From Eledone cirrhosa (taxonomy: Eukaryota), in assembly GCA_964016885.1 (NCBI GenBank), contig OZ024745.1:75888001-75952000 (forward strand): a stretch of 64,000 bases of DNA. The letters run 5' to 3'. Shown here piece by piece: positions 36,829 through 51,020 of the stretch; the stretch's first letter is position 1, and each line of letters begins with the position of its first letter. The notes under the pieces were generated by a model, which saw only the letters and a program-made list of their open reading frames with translations, was not told the origin of the DNA and searched no databases. A program made the translations under genes and the position numbers.

Positions 36829-37556
36829 ACGTCCGCTTTTCCCTGCTTGCAAGGGTGGGACGGGTCTTATTCAGCACAGCATCTCTCCACTCGTCACGGT
36901 CCCTCGTCATCTCCACCGTGAGCTTCAATGATCTGAGGTCTGTTCTCACCACCTCCGCCCATGTTTTTCGTGGTCTACCTCTACCACGTCTTCCTTCAAC
37001 TGGCATTTCCTGGCACTTCTTCACCCATCGGTCATCCTCCATGCGCATCACATGTCCATACCACCTCAGTCTCCTCTCCCGTACACTACATTCTATCCCT
37101 CTCAGACACAGTTTCTCTCTCAACACATTTATGCTGGGTCGTTCACGCACATTTACACTGCACATCCAACGGAGCATGCTTGCCTCATTTCTCTCCAGCC
37201 GTCGCATATCTTCTGCGGTAGCTGCCCATGTCTCACTACCATGCAGCATCGCGCTCCTCACACAGGCATCATACAACCGGCCTTTCATACGCAGGGAGAA
37301 ACCCTTCTTCGTCAACAGAGGAAGCAGCTCCCTAAACTTCTTCCAACCCGTCCTTATTCTAGATACTATGGCCTCGGAACACCCTCCTCCCATGCTAATC
37401 TGATCTCCTAGGTACTGGAAGCTATCCACCACTTCTATAGCGCCCTCTCGCATTTGAAAAATGTGTCTATCAGTGCGACTTCTACTGTCTAATTTCCCTG
37501 TACATCTACTGCATACATAGTTCTCCCTACCTGTTAGTTTGCCTGCTATCCCGCTA
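36791..37556 (-). mobile_element. 5'-truncated RTE family A in a UBC9 intron
   Basis: Near-identical to 27609-28320; open frame; long (GAT)n tail. Confidence 0.95.
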
Positions 37557-38670
37557 TATACAATTAATTTACACAAAACGATACAGAGAATATACACAAT
37601 GTTTATATTTACATGGTTAGTTTCAATGCCATTGCAACTTGCAACTCATTAACTGGGCTCAGATATATCTTAATATCTCTTTGCATATGGTGTTCTTTGC
37701 CACACTTTTATTACCTCACTTCCCTTGCTTATCAGTGTTCAATACTTTAATTTTTACATCTGACTGTCGCCCACTTACTCTTGGAAAAGTTGCATGGCTC
37801 AGGAAGAAACACCCACTTTATCATGTTTGACCCTGGCTCTTGTTGATTGTCATAGCATACGACAGACTTACTGTAAACTGGGCTCTTTCCTAAGTAAAAA
37901 GGATGTTGGGATCACTGGGAGCTAACTTCAGTCTTAGGATCAAAACATGCCTGCCCATCAAAGGACCGATGATATGAGAAGCTTCTTGTGCCATTGCATA
38001 ATCCATTCTGGATTGAAATATTTTGTAGAACTGTTATTATTGATCCTGCTTTTAATTGGAGATTGTGAGGCAGCATCCCGGGAGATGAGAGTTCAGAAAT
38101 TCAGTGGAATATGTCAGCCTCTGTAGGCTCATCAGCTATCACTCTATCAGTATTATAAGTATGGCTGTTACAAGTCTGAGAACCTCTTCATTGATCAATA
38201 GGCAATCAGCATTCTTGGAAGATAAAATTACTCATGTTCATTTCTCTTGTGTTGTGTTGCTGAAAATTTATTTCACTGAAGAGTCATTTACACATGAAAA
38301 TGGAGACCACTTCAACATCATCTTTACGTCTGCTTTTGCATGCATCGATAGGTTGGACGGCTCCTTCTCAGCACAGCATCTCTCCACTTGTTGCAATCCT
38401 TTGTTGTCTCAGTGATTTGATGTCAGCTCTCACAACGTCTTCCCAGGTTTTTCTTCACCAACCTCTACCGCAGTTTCCTTTCACTGGCACTTCACTCACT
38501 CAACAGTTATTGTTCATGTGCATCACTTGTTCAAACCAACATAGTCTTCTCTCCTGCACATCCCCTTGGATTCCTCTTAAACTATCTTCATCCATATTAA
38601 GTTCTTCAATTAAGTTATTCCATTGCCAAGATGTAGTACCGACTTCGCAAACTCTGATCTTCTCTTACTC

Positions 38671-39560
38671 TGATATTATTGTTTAATGTAGAATGTTGAA
38701 AGAAGTGCTACAGATGGGAATTTTTAAGACATATTTCTAATGTGGCTTCACATGCCAACACAGTTTCATAATGATGTTTGCTGCTGTGTGCTTATTCTGG
38801 CCAGCCAATGCACTGCAACCATCGAACATCCATAAGAAGACTTCAGGCAAATGCTGCCAATATTAGTCTCCTTGTGGATGTTCCATGGTTGCAGTGCATT
38901 GGCTGGCCAGAATAAGCACACAGCAGCAAACATCATTATGAAACTGTGTTGGCATGTGAAGCCACATTAGAAATATGTCTTAAAAATTCCCATCTGTAGC
39001 ACTTCTTTCAACATTCTACATTAAACAATAATATCATGGCAGCATTTGCCTGGAGTCTCCTTATGGATGTTCCATGGTTGCAGTGCATTGGCTGGCCAGA
39101 ATAAGCACACAGCAGCAAATATATGAAACTGTTTTGGCATCTAGTGTGTAGCAGTTTCCTGTAGAACTTGGCATCTTGACATCCATCTTAAAGCCATATT
39201 ATCTCTTTTCTCCTGTTGCTTTAATCTAGCTTGCTTTAAATATTCTTGACATTCTTCTAATTGTATATTATTTCTTCTCTGCTGTTGTCTTAGTCTAGCT
39301 TGCTCTAAAACGATATTCCTCTGTTCAAACATTTCCACACGTCTCTGTTGGTGTCTTTTTTCTCTTTCTATTATTTCTTCTTGCTGTTCCTGCCTGATCC
39401 TGATCCATATTTGTGCATCCTTTCTTGAACAGCTTGCAACCACCTTTCTTGTGAATCCATATTTTTTTATAGTTATAAGTCTCTGTCTATCTATATTGCT
39501 GCTATAAAGACTTAATATATATGTGGAAAGAAATATTCTAAACTTCAAAACATAAATATT
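38671..39560 (-). mobile_element. Helitron RepHel relic with local inverted duplication
   Basis: Minus ORF 39141-39563 has EQARLRQQQRR repeats typical of RepHel N-termini and continues as LQETATH*MPKQF..FAAVCLF..ANALQ.WNIHK, resembling the pre-helicase segment. Arms 38671-38835 / 38866-39036 are inverted. Confidence 0.6.
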
Positions 39561-39920
39561 CACTCAGTATTATTTAAAATTAGGTGGTGAACTGGTAGTC
39601 GTTAGAATGTCTGATAGGATGCTTTGCAGTATTTGTTCTTACTAACTGCTCAAATCCCGCTGAGATCAAAGAGAGAGTGAAAGAGAAAGAAAGGATGAAA
39701 GGTAAAGTTGACCTCAGCAGGATTTGAACTCAGAGAGCTGGAACGAATACCATCAACACGCACAGAGACACAATTTTATGTAAGAACCTTTGTTAACTTA
39801 TACTCCAAACGTTAGTCTAAGTTATAACCCTCCAAATTATTTTGAAAATGGTAGTGTTTTTCATGAGAAATTGGTAACGAAAGGGATAATGTAGTCTTTT
39901 TTTTATATAATTTATTTTAG

Positions 39921-40004
39921 GGATTTGTTGCCAGACCTGTCAAGAATCCAGATGGTTCTCTCAACCTTATGAATTGGGAATGTGCAATCCCTGGAAAGAA
40001 AGCA
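39921..40004 (+). CDS. UBE2I: UBC9 coding exon 2 ([28 protein letters not shown])
   Basis: ttttag|GGA...GCA|gtaaat; 84 nt, phase 0/0; Ubc9-specific sequence. Confidence 0.98.
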
Positions 40005-40686
40005 GTAAATATATTTTATCCTTACTAAATATTTTGAATCAAATAAATGCAAACAGATGACTATGAATTATTATTATTATTATTTATTTTTTTACATAAA
40101 ACATTTTATTAATATTCTTTTACTGATTTCAGTCATTTGATCGTGGCTATGTTGGGGCACAGCATTAACCCTATTATTTATCCCAGTTCTTTATTTTTCA
40201 AGACTGGTACTTAATCTATTAAACTGTACATGATGGGCTGTTGCACAGTTTTCATTTTCAAAATTTTACTCATAATGTATTAGTCAACCTGAGGCTATAG
40301 TAGAAGACACTTATTTGCACTGATTACTAAACCATGTGGTTACAAAGTGAGCCATGCTGTAGATTTTCTATGACCAGATGCTCTTCCTGACACCAAGTGA
40401 TATTTATTCCAAGTATGAAATGAGCCACTAATGTTTGTGGTACTGCTATGCTGCAGGAGATATCTGTCACAGCATGCTTTATAAATGGTGTCAAAGTTTC
40501 CCTTTATCAAATTCACTCACAATTGTGGTAGACTCGTGCCACATAGTTGTGACTACATGGTTTGAAGCAAACTTAACAACCACACAACCATGTCTGTACT
40601 TGTTTATTTACTGATAATTTGTTTATAATATATCAATTCATTTAATGCATGTTAAAATTTTTGTGGTAATATTTCAATGTTTCTAG

Positions 40687-40759
40687 ACTCCATGGGAAGC
40701 TGGTGTCTACAAATTAAGGATGCTTTTTAAGGATGACTATCCAAGTTCTCCTCCAAAGT
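40687..40759 (+). CDS. UBE2I: UBC9 coding exon 3 (TPWEAGVYKLRMLFKDDYPSSPPK)
   Basis: ttctag|ACT...AAG T|gtgagt; 73 nt; E2 motifs TPWE and DYPSSPP. Confidence 0.98.
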
Positions 40760-42076
40760 GTGAGTAAACATTTGGAATTTTAAAAATAGTATATTAATGG
40801 TATCTTTCAGATTTCTTTTTATTCATTACATTGATTCCTGAAACAAGCCAAACAGTTAATTCTTAATGATGAAAATTATATACTTATGTTGAATTTTTCA
40901 TTGAAAATAAAAATATTTATCTGGTAATATAATAATAATTATTTTTATGTTGGAAAGCAAACTATTTCTTCCAAATAGAAATCAAAAACATTTGATGTTG
41001 TTATTGGTTGGAATAGTTCAATTTATATACAAACAATGCTATTTTTTCCTGGCAACGTTTGGATAAATTTGCTTAACAACTCTTCTCTAGCGATTCTATC
41101 TTTATGCACAAATGTTAAACTCAAATGCTGTGGCTGCATATTTAGGGAACTTAAGCTATTGTTGTGAATGTTATTGGGTTCAAGCCGAAGTTCTTGTAAA
41201 GTTATTTAGCTCCAGGTTGGCCATGCTGAAGCAGATGAGTAATCAATAAGGCTTTTTGTATATCTAGGATGCCCAACATATCCTTCCTTTTTGAAGAAAA
41301 TAAATTGTGTTTGAAAGATATTTGGCTACTATTTTTTAATATATTGAGTAACATTGTAGAGGCTGCCATGATGTCTCAACTAACAGTTCGGCTTGAAACA
41401 TAGAGATGTAGGCAGCAATAACCCTTTTCAATACATATTTCTAATGAATTAAATTATATTTGAATTAATTAAAGAAAAATTTGAAGGTATTTACTAAAAT
41501 TCTTATTTCATCATTATACCTTGGGACTTTGGATGGGGTCAAGATGTAGAGGCACACAGGAATTTTGAGGTGAAGCACCTAGATACCAGTGGATTGCTCT
41601 CTCTTTACACTGAGTCACAGAAGAGGGATCCATATACACCAAATTTTACAAGAAGGATGCTTGCAGGGATATTTTTGTGCACTATGATTCTGCCCTTCCC
41701 TCTAGAGCCAAAGTGGCCTATGTACAAAATGAGATATCCCAGAAGCACAACATGCAGCAAGGGTAGCAACAAACATACCAGCACATGTTTTATTTGTCAT
41801 CCTTTGCCCTTTATATATTTCTACTGCATTCTACCAGCATTTTGAAAGCTATCATTTGTTTATTACAATTCTTATATAATATTTATTTTCTAGTTGTGTC
41901 TGAATAGTTCATTTTAGCCATCCCAATTAGGGCTGTATATGATAAAGTATTGATTTTAAGTTTCCGTGCTTTTCTTTTATTTAGAATATGTAGTGTTTCT
42001 CAATTGTTTTTAGAAAGATGAAGATGTTGATTTTTAAATGTGATTTCAGTTATTTTTGGATCTAATTTTATTTTAG

Positions 42077-42186
42077 GCAAATTTGAACCCCCGATCTTTC
42101 ATCCAAATGTCTATCCCTCTGGAACTGTATGTTTATCTCTGTTGGATGAAGACAAAGATTGGAGACCTGCTGTTACCATCAAACAA
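42077..42186 (+). CDS. UBE2I: UBC9 coding exon 4 ([37 protein letters not shown]), contains the catalytic Cys
   Basis: ttttag|GC...CAA|gtaatt; 110 nt; HPN motif and active-site GTVCLS. Confidence 0.99.
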
Positions 42187-43259
42187 GTAATTAATATTCT
42201 ATGTCTTTAATCCTTTCAAGTCTGCTAAGAAATAGAGTAAAGATGATTCAAGCTTCTTATTTCAATAATTTTATAAAATTAAAAAAATAATCTACTTTTT
42301 AATAAATTCTTAATTATCAATGGTTATTTGAAAAGTAGTAACAGGTGAATTGTTATATTGAAATATTTTTATATTGTGTGTAACAATTGAATTTTAAACT
42401 TTATTTTAGAGATGCATGAACTATGATTAATCAGATATATATTTACATTTTCTTCAAATATTATTGTACAAATGAATGGTCTTGGTCAGATTCTTTTGCC
42501 CATAAAAACTCTGTTGAGAGCTTGTTTGCAACATCCTTCTATATGGCTTATATGAGTGATGAATTTATACATGATGGAAGTTTTTGATCATTTTTTTCCT
42601 TTGCAGAATCCTCTGTGTTCATGCATTGGATTTTGTGTCAGATTCTGCTGGATTGATTCCCTCCAATACACCTTACTCAAATGCTACTTCTGTTGGTTTT
42701 GTCGTGCACTCCACCACCCACAAGGTGAAATCGTCTATGATACATTTGCACCAGTCACTCTTAGGATGGCATAAACAACAGGGTGGACTATAAGAAAAAA
42801 TATGTCACGATTAAGTTGGATCTTGAACTAATATCTGGTCCTCACATATATGGTGTCTGCCATTTGGACCATGACTGTCTGACAATATCTACGTCAGGTG
42901 CCTCTGGTTGCCATACAGAGGTGAGGAGGAGGCGGGGGGGTCTGATGATGTGGGTGCATTGGTTGGAGCTGGCTCATCTCATCTTGGGTGAATGCTAACA
43001 CAAGTCCAAATGTAAATAAATTCATAAAGTGAAAGTGAATATAAGTGAGAATCAAACAAGAGTCTCCTTTGTTGACTCTCCAATGCATTTATTGTATCAT
43101 TAACCAATGTTGAGTACTTGTACCTACACAGTCATCTAAAAAATATGCATGCATTAGCTAGAGTTGGGCCCTCACTTTTTTTTTTTTTTAATATTCTATT
43201 TGAATAATGAATTTAATCATAGAATTAAGAAATTTAACAATGTTTTTATTTGTATTTAG

Positions 43260-43339
43260 ATACTCCTTGGTATCCAAGAACTCTTGAATGAACCAAATAT
43301 CAAAGATCCAGCTCAAGCAGAAGCTTACACTATCTATTG
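43260..43339 (+). CDS. UBE2I: UBC9 coding exon 5 ([27 protein letters not shown])
   Basis: atttag|ATA...TAT TG|gtaaga; 80 nt. Confidence 0.98.
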
Positions 43340-43594
43340 GTAAGATTTATTGTAAACACATTTGGCAAAAATGAAAAACTTAGCCTTTTTTTTAAGTTGA
43401 CTGAGCCAACCTGTCAGTCCACTATTTTTGTGCTAGAAAGAAAACATTCTTAAAGAATATATATTGCAATTCAGATTCATCCTTTTTTTTGTTTTTTTCT
43501 TTTGTTTTCACAGAATTTAAAATAATGCTTATATACTTTTTGTATCTTGTAAAAAATAATTTTATCAGTAGGCTTTGTTTCCAAAGGTCCATAT

Positions 43595-44180
43595 ATATAA
43601 AAGGGTAAAGGAGATGTATTAGATAGAGGAAACTATAGAGGCATCAAGTTGATGGACCAGGTCATGAAAGTAACAGAAAGAGTTGTAGCTCAGCTGATTA
43701 GAGACCGGGTTAATCTAGATGAGATGCAGTTCAGATTTGTGCCAGGTAAAGGCACTACAGATGCCCTCTTCCTTGTGAAAGCTTTTGACAGAGTCCCCCA
43801 TGCCATAATCTGGTGAGCTCTTAGAAAACTAGGAGCTGATGAGTGGCTTGTGAAGGCCGTATAAGCCATGCATAGGGGAGCAGTCAGCAAAGTTAGGATT
43901 AACAATGATTATAGTGAGGAATTTAGTGTGCAGGTTGGCATCCACCAGGGCTATGTTCTTAGCCCTCTCCTGTTTATTATAGTACTGCAGGCTATAACAG
44001 AGGAGTTTAAGACTGGCTACCCGTGGAAACTCCTGTGCACGGATGATCTTACACTTATAGCTGAGTCTATGGCAGAATTAGAGGAGAAATTCGAAATCTG
44101 GAAGCATGAACTAGAAACAAAGGGCCTTAAAGTCAACCTGACAAAGTCTAAGGTCTTACTAAATAGAAAGGAAAACAGTG
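43595..44180 (+). mobile_element. Degenerate RTE RT fragment in the last UBC9 intron
   Basis: NYRGIKLMDQVMK, GIHQGYVLSP, CTDDLTL; internal deletion and stop. Confidence 0.85.
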
Positions 44181-44575
44181 TGTATCCTATAAAAGACACT
44201 TGTGAACCAGGTAATGGTGTTAAACTGGATGATAGATTAAGGCTGCTACATAAGGACATGTACAGTTTATTTGATAGGCGATTCTCTGAACAGCATCCTA
44301 CTCAATTTCAATCACAAGGCTTAGGTTTATCCTAAAGTTATAGTAAGACACTTGCATAAGGTGCCACACACTGGGATGAAACCTAAGACCTTGTGAAAGC
44401 CAGAGTGGTGGAGGTGGGGGGATGCAGATGATGTGGAAAAATGGAGCTGCTTGTTGTTTAGAAATCTTGTGTTTTCTTCAAATCTCAATCCTATTCATAG
44501 CTAATACTATTTCTTTACAGATTCCTGAAAATGTTAACTCCATCTTATATATTATCTTTCTATTTATTATTTCAG

Positions 44576-44642
44576 TCAAAACAGATCAGAATATGAGAAG
44601 CGAGTGAAAACTCAAGCGATGAGGCTTCGGGAAGAGTCCTAA
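44576..44642 (+). CDS. UBE2I: UBC9 final coding exon (QNRSEYEKRVKTQAMRLREES*)
   Basis: tttcag|T CAA AAC...TCC TAA. The six exons sum to 480 nt (159 aa + stop) with consistent phases. AATAAA hexamers follow downstream (e.g. ~44982, ~45072, ~46075). Confidence 0.97.
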
Positions 44643-45124
44643 CCATGAAATTTTTATCTCGGATCTAAAGAAACACCTGTGTGATGACAGCAACAAATAT
44701 ATCATACAAGATTTCTTCATTCCATGTAATTACTATTGTAATTTGTATGCAATAGCCAAACAGCTCTGAACCATAAAATCATTTTGCACATGCTCTCTTA
44801 CACAAACACACACATACACCCTCCTCTTCTTTCCTTTCAATCTCCTTCCTCTCCTTTCTGCCATAACATCTATTTTAATCCTTCCTCTATTGGAACAGCT
44901 TTCAAGTATATTTGGCAACGTATGGAAAAGCCCTGTCACATCTTTAGAATGTTTTCATCATATATGCAACCACCAAACAAAATAAAGTGTATACTAAACC
45001 AAATCTCCCTATCAAATTATTTGGTAGTTGATTTATAAATATAAATACTTTTAAATTTCATGTCTTTATGAAATAAATGTGTGAAAGAAAATTACATCTA
45101 TGTTTGTGTTATCAAAAGGAGCTT

Positions 45125-45530
45125 GTGTGTATGTGTATATGTGTAAGTATATATATATGTTTGTGCGTGCGTATATATATATATATATATATACATATAT
45201 GTATATGTGTGTGCATATATGTATATATATATATAAATATATGTATGTATATATATATATATATATATGCATGTATATAAATATATGTATGTATATATAT
45301 ATATGCATGTATATAAATATATGTATATATATATATGTGTGTGTGTGCATGTATATGTATGTATATATGTATGTGTATATGCATATGTGTATGTAAATGT
45401 ATATAAGTATGTATATGTGTGTGTATATATACATGTGTGTGTGTGTGTGTGTGTGTATGTATATATATATATATATGTATATGTGTGTATAATGTATATG
45501 TATGTGTATATATATATATATATATATATT
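45125..45530. repeat. (TA)n/(TG)n compound microsatellite in or near the UBC9 3' UTR
   Basis: Directly visible. Confidence 0.9.
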
Positions 45531-48500
45531 TGGATGCATGCTGACAGCCCCACACATAATGCATGAATATACTTTGTGCAGGAGAATTTTGTAATCAACT
45601 TAGGCATGATTTCTTTTTGTATTGTTTAGTAATTTGCATATGTTGTGTGTTATTGTCTGTAGGGTCCTTAATATAGACTTTTTATCATTTAGCAGTGCCA
45701 ATTTTAGATTTCCATAGCTAATAAAAATAATTGTATTTTATTTTTTCACTTTTTCTTTATTCTTATTCAAGCATGTACAAATTTGGTTTGTGCTGATGTC
45801 ATGTGTTGCCAATATATATATTTTGACCATTTGAAAAACTCATCAAGAATTTACTGCTTTTTGCTAGTCATAATTGAGTTAATAACTGCCTTACTTTTAA
45901 AATTACTGTATAATGAATATAAGTTAATAAAGATTTTTTTTAAAGACAAGAATGTCTTTTTTCAGTTCAAATAGATAATAGTTTCAAATTTTATTCCTTT
46001 GAAATTCCATTATACCAGATTAATCATGTAGTAAAATGAAAGTAAATCTAAATACCTCTATCTTTCTATGAGAAAATAAAATAGTTACCATTCTACTGCA
46101 TTGCAAAATTGATGAGTGCTTTTCTGAAATAAATGTTTTCTTTTTGCACCTTTCTATCTCGAATTTTCAAAACATCTATTATTTTTGCTTGGATTTGAAA
46201 GAAAGAAATAGAGGTTACTTGTCAATTCAACGTAAAAGATAATTTGACACATTCATGTATTATTTTCTTTTATAATGTAGTGTCAAAATAAAAAAAAAAG
46301 TATTAAAACAAGTAATCTTAAGTGAAGTCTGTAATTTTTTTTTGTCATAATTAAATAAAAAAAATTAATCTATATATAGGAATGTATCTCTTTTGTCATC
46401 TACAGAACTTTGTCATTATTATTAATATCTAATTGTTCATGTTAGCATTGGCTGGATTTGTTTATGGAAGATATATGCATTCTCAGTTCATCTGTGATTT
46501 AGCATTCCAATATCAGGACAAATTATCTTATCAACACGTCTCTGGTATGCAACAATGTTATGTTGGTGTAGTGAGTTCTTTCTTTAACTTCTTGTAATCA
46601 TCCTTATTTGTATGTGTATTATATCCTATCCATAACAATCATCGTCTGTATAAAAGTGTGATGCTACTGGCCTGTTTTCAGATATAATCTATTTTGGAGA
46701 CTTTGTCGCTTTCAATATATTTCAAAGTCTTCACTTTAGTTCACCTGCCTCACATTTTACAACTACTTTAACTGATATAGAAGTTATGTCTAAGTAAGGA
46801 TTGCACTTAATAGTATTGATTTATTGAATGCTTTCTTTTTGTTCACCAATTCTTCCCAAATTAACTAAGATCTCACTGTACAACAACCAAACTTGTCAGT
46901 TCTTGTTCATTTTAAGTAGGACCAATTTGCTGAGCATCAATGTAAGCAGCTTATACAACACCATAAGCTAACATATGTATGACCTCACCATACATACATT
47001 AGGTGAAAAACAATTTGCATCAATATTTTAGCTTATGAAGAAGAAATGAATCACCTATTATCATTTGCTGAGCCATAATATCATTTTTCCATTTTCATAT
47101 TCTAAAATGTTTGTATACATTGTAGAGCAAGTCCTGATCATGTAAATCTTCTGCTGAATGATCACATTTGATATGGCAAGCCTATATGCATTTGTTCCAT
47201 CAGACTTTACATTGTATGTCTTTGTGAACTCACTAAACTATTGACTGGTATCATTATAGAGATATTAACACAATGGTTAACTTCAAAATGGAAAAAGAAA
47301 GTAGAACAGGTAGCTGTGGCTTCTGCATTATTACCAATAATAACTAATATCTATATGAAGTAATTTGAAGATTTAGCTCTAGAAAATACAACATTGAAAT
47401 GCATAGCCAGGTTAAGGAAGATAGTTATCATCATACTTTTGGAATATCCAAGATGTTTAATTTTTGTAGAATCATGTGAACTTAAACAAACTTCAAACTA
47501 GTGCATCCTGGACAAGGAAAACAATCAATTGCCATTTATTAATGCAGGCAATGTACTTGCTCTATTCCTAGACTATCTCATTCACATTTCAAGTGATAAA
47601 TTTAAAATAGATGCAGTTTATGCGGATGACATTGTTCTCTTCACAGATACAATATCAAAAGCTACTACTCTTTTACATAAACTTGAAAGAATTGTGAAAG
47701 ATATCGGTCTACATCCACATCAAAGACTGAAATATGTCTGCTTTAATCAGAAGAACTCTAAGCACCAATCAAATAAGACCTAAAAGTCCACTTCATATGC
47801 AATACCACATCCACAAAACAAGTTAAAAATTATTCTCGTGAAAGCTTTTCATAGCCCCAATTTCCTCTGGTATTTGTCACTATCAGATAATCTTAGATTC
47901 TTCTTCTGCGTCTTTGTGAAATCAGTACCATTGTATAGATCCACTGCTTGGACACTCCAAAATCATCTTGAAACAAGTTTAGATAGTGCATATACCTGCA
48001 TACTGTGGCCATTTTGAATATCTGGAAAGACTACATGGCAGTCTTTTTGCTATCACTGATGTCATTAGAGAAAGATGCAGGTGTTTTACATGACATTACT
48101 GGAGAGTTAAGCAAGAACTCATTAGTGATATCTTCATATGGACACCACAACATGGCTATATATGGATCAGTTGTCCAACAAAAATTTTCATTGACCATTT
48201 TTCTATTGACTCAAGATGTTGCACTGCTGATCACTGTATCAGATAGTTGGGGTTGGTGTGATTGAGCTGGACAAATCCAACCAAGCCCTACCAGAGGGAA
48301 GATGAGGTTAATAGTTTGGCAAATTATCTTATTTGAGTTAAAGATTTTATCATGGTTATTAACAACCTCAAGGATATACATAGGGTTTTACTAAATTGAG
48401 CATTCTATTTTACAAAATACAGGTGATGCATATTTAACCCTTTAGTATTTATATTAGGAGGCACATGGCTTAGTGGTTAGAGCATTGGCCTTGCAATCGA

Positions 48501-48851
48501 AAGGTTGTGAGTTCAATTCTCAGACCGGGTGATGTGTTGTTTCCTTGAGCAAGACACTTTATTTCACATTGCTCCAGTTTACTCAGCTGTAGAAATGAGA
48601 TGATAGGGACTGGGGTCCATATCATTCCACTGCAAAGTGGTCGTTGAGGTGCCACGGCAAAAAAGCACCCAGCACTCACTGTAAATGAGGTTTGTGTTAG
48701 GAAGGGCATCCAGTTGTAGAAATCAAGCCAGAATCAGTTCCCGTCCCACCCTTGCAAGCAGGGAAAAAGTGGACGTAAAATGAAATATATGTATATATGT
48801 ATATATACATATATGTATATATATATATGTATATATATATATGCAAATATA

Positions 48852-48886
<35 letters not shown>

Positions 48887-48890
<4 letters not shown>

Positions 48891-49069
48891 ATATTTGGGG
48901 AGGGTCATATTGTTGTAATAATATTGCCAGAAATAACAACAGAACACACTCACTGTTTGGTTGGTTTTCGCTTCTGTATCTTTTAGTTAATTCATTTGGT
49001 CCTCAATGTTTATCATTGACTGACCAACGGTCAAAAGTACAGATATAAACACTTATATATAGTCTAACA
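48887..49069 (-). mobile_element. Solo-LTR-like element
   Basis: TGTTA...TAACA termini, 4-bp ATAT flanks, TATATAA on the minus strand; homologous to 29765-29931. Confidence 0.55.
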
Positions 49070-49116
49070 ATATTTGTTTCGACACACGATTTCATATCAA
49101 AAACCTTGCAAAACAA

Positions 49117-49625
<509 letters not shown>

Positions 49626-50913
49626 CAGGGTGCGGATGATATTTGTTCGCAAGATTACTGTCTAGGAAAAAATAACACAGTAGTTTTATTTTTTAAGATA
49701 TATTTATCAAACTTGGGTCAGTTTGTCTTCATGACTTGTTCTTTCGATCTCACTCGATAAACCCGCCATTGGCTTTGATGATGGCCTCAAGGTGGCCTCG
49801 GAACCGGCTACAGGCCTTCGTCACTGTCCCCCGACTTAGGCCCCTAAAGGCAATTGTGATCCTGGCCTTCAGATCATCTTTCGTATTGCAGCTAGATCTG
49901 TTGGTGTCTCGTTCCACTGCGCTCCACACAAAGAAGTCGAGGGGGTTGCAGTCAGGTGAGGTGGGAGGCCAGATGTCAGGTGAAGTGTGGTCGACGAAAT
50001 TCTCTGACAGCCAGGCTTGGGTCTTTCGGCTGGTATGGCAGGGCGCTGAGTCTTGCTGCCACACGTATGGCCTACCTGCAGCTACCTGGTCAATCCAGGG
50101 CTTTACTACCTTGCTTAGAACACGGATGTAGCAATCAGTGTTCAGCTTGAGGCCCTCAGGGAAGAAGTGAGGTGGCATGACGATACCTAAGACCAATATT
50201 GTCGCTGGAAACCTTGTTTGCATGACTCTGGGCACGTCTTTGGATGAGACAGCGAGCCACCTGTTGTTCTGGAAGTTGATCTTCTGGTCTTGGCAGAAGT
50301 TTTTCTCGTTGGAGAAAAACCACTGCATATCTGGCTCCAGTGGGTGTTTCAACTTGTTGATCAGCTTCTTTGCGAGCTTCAGTCGTTTTTCTTGCATCGC
50401 CTTTGACAGAAATTGTCCTTTCCTCATCTTGTATGAAACGTAGCGAATGTCTTCATGTACCACCAGCCTAATGAGCTTTTCATCCACTCCTTTCTCCCTT
50501 GCAATGGCACGCATCAACTTGCTAGGTTCATTGTTGATGATATCCTGAACTTCAGCGACGAACTCGGGCGTTCTGAAGGCGTCAGATTGTTGATCATGTG
50601 TTTTCCTCTCTGATGTTGCTTCGAAGTCGAATCCTGAATCTTCCAATTCTTTTCTGACCTTTTCCACCATTCTCCTGCTGAAGCTGAGAAAGTCTGAAAT
50701 TTCCTTATTTGTCCTCCCGGCGCGGATTCCAAGAAGAACTCCGTGTCTCTTCCACAAATTTGGAGGTTCAAAATTATTCATAATCAATTATTCTGAAAAT
50801 AAATAATGGAAATATAGTCACTGTTTTTATGAAGACAAGAGTGACAACGGAAGTAAAAAAAATTAGCATAAAATTAGCAGTTGAAAATGCGAACAAATAT
50901 CGTCCACACCCTG
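49626..50913 (-). mobile_element. Full-length Tc1/mariner-superfamily DD37D (maT) transposon
   Basis: 26-bp TIRs (49626-49651 / 50888-50913, 2 mismatches), TA flanks, 1288 bp. Confidence 0.95.
49750..50787 (-). CDS. DD37D transposase, 345 aa, first catalytic Asp replaced by Asn
   Basis: FSNEKNF (normally FSDEK), WQQDSAPCH, then 37 residues to NPLDF; N-terminal HTH-like region. Confidence 0.85.
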   Translation of the reverse strand: MIMNNFEPPNLWKRHGVLLGIRAGRTNKEISDFLSFSRRMVEKVRKELEDSGFDFEATSERKTHDQQSDAFRTPEFVAEVQDIINNEPSKLMRAIAREKGVDEKLIRLVVHEDIRYVSYKMRKGQFLSKAMQEKRLKLAKKLINKLKHPLEPDMQWFFSNEKNFCQDQKINFQNNRWLAVSSKDVPRVMQTRFPATILVLGIVMPPHFFPEGLKLNTDCYIRVLSKVVKPWIDQVAAGRPYVWQQDSAPCHTSRKTQAWLSENFVDHTSPDIWPPTSPDCNPLDFFVWSAVERDTNRSSCNTKDDLKARITIAFRGLSRGTVTKACSRFRGHLEAIIKANGGFIE

Positions 50914-51020
50914 TATATATGTATATATATATATGCATGTATATATATAGAGAGGGAGAGACAGAGAGTAAGAAATGTGTGTGGTGTTTGGTACACGTCT
51001 ATCTATCTATCTATCTATCT

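Noticed and set aside
36744-37597. ORFs with poly-Asp, poly-Ser or poly-His tracts
   Set aside because: Read-through of the RTE (GAT)n tail and antisense shadows of the RTE ORF.
38085-38145. Minus-strand HHR candidate CTGATGA-gcct acag aggc-TGACA
   Set aside because: GAAA is not intact and stems I/III are poor; at best a decayed relic.
39141-39563. Antisense coiled-coil host gene nested in the UBC9 intron
   Set aside because: Better explained as Helitron RepHel N-terminal repeats; the homology continues past the stop codon.
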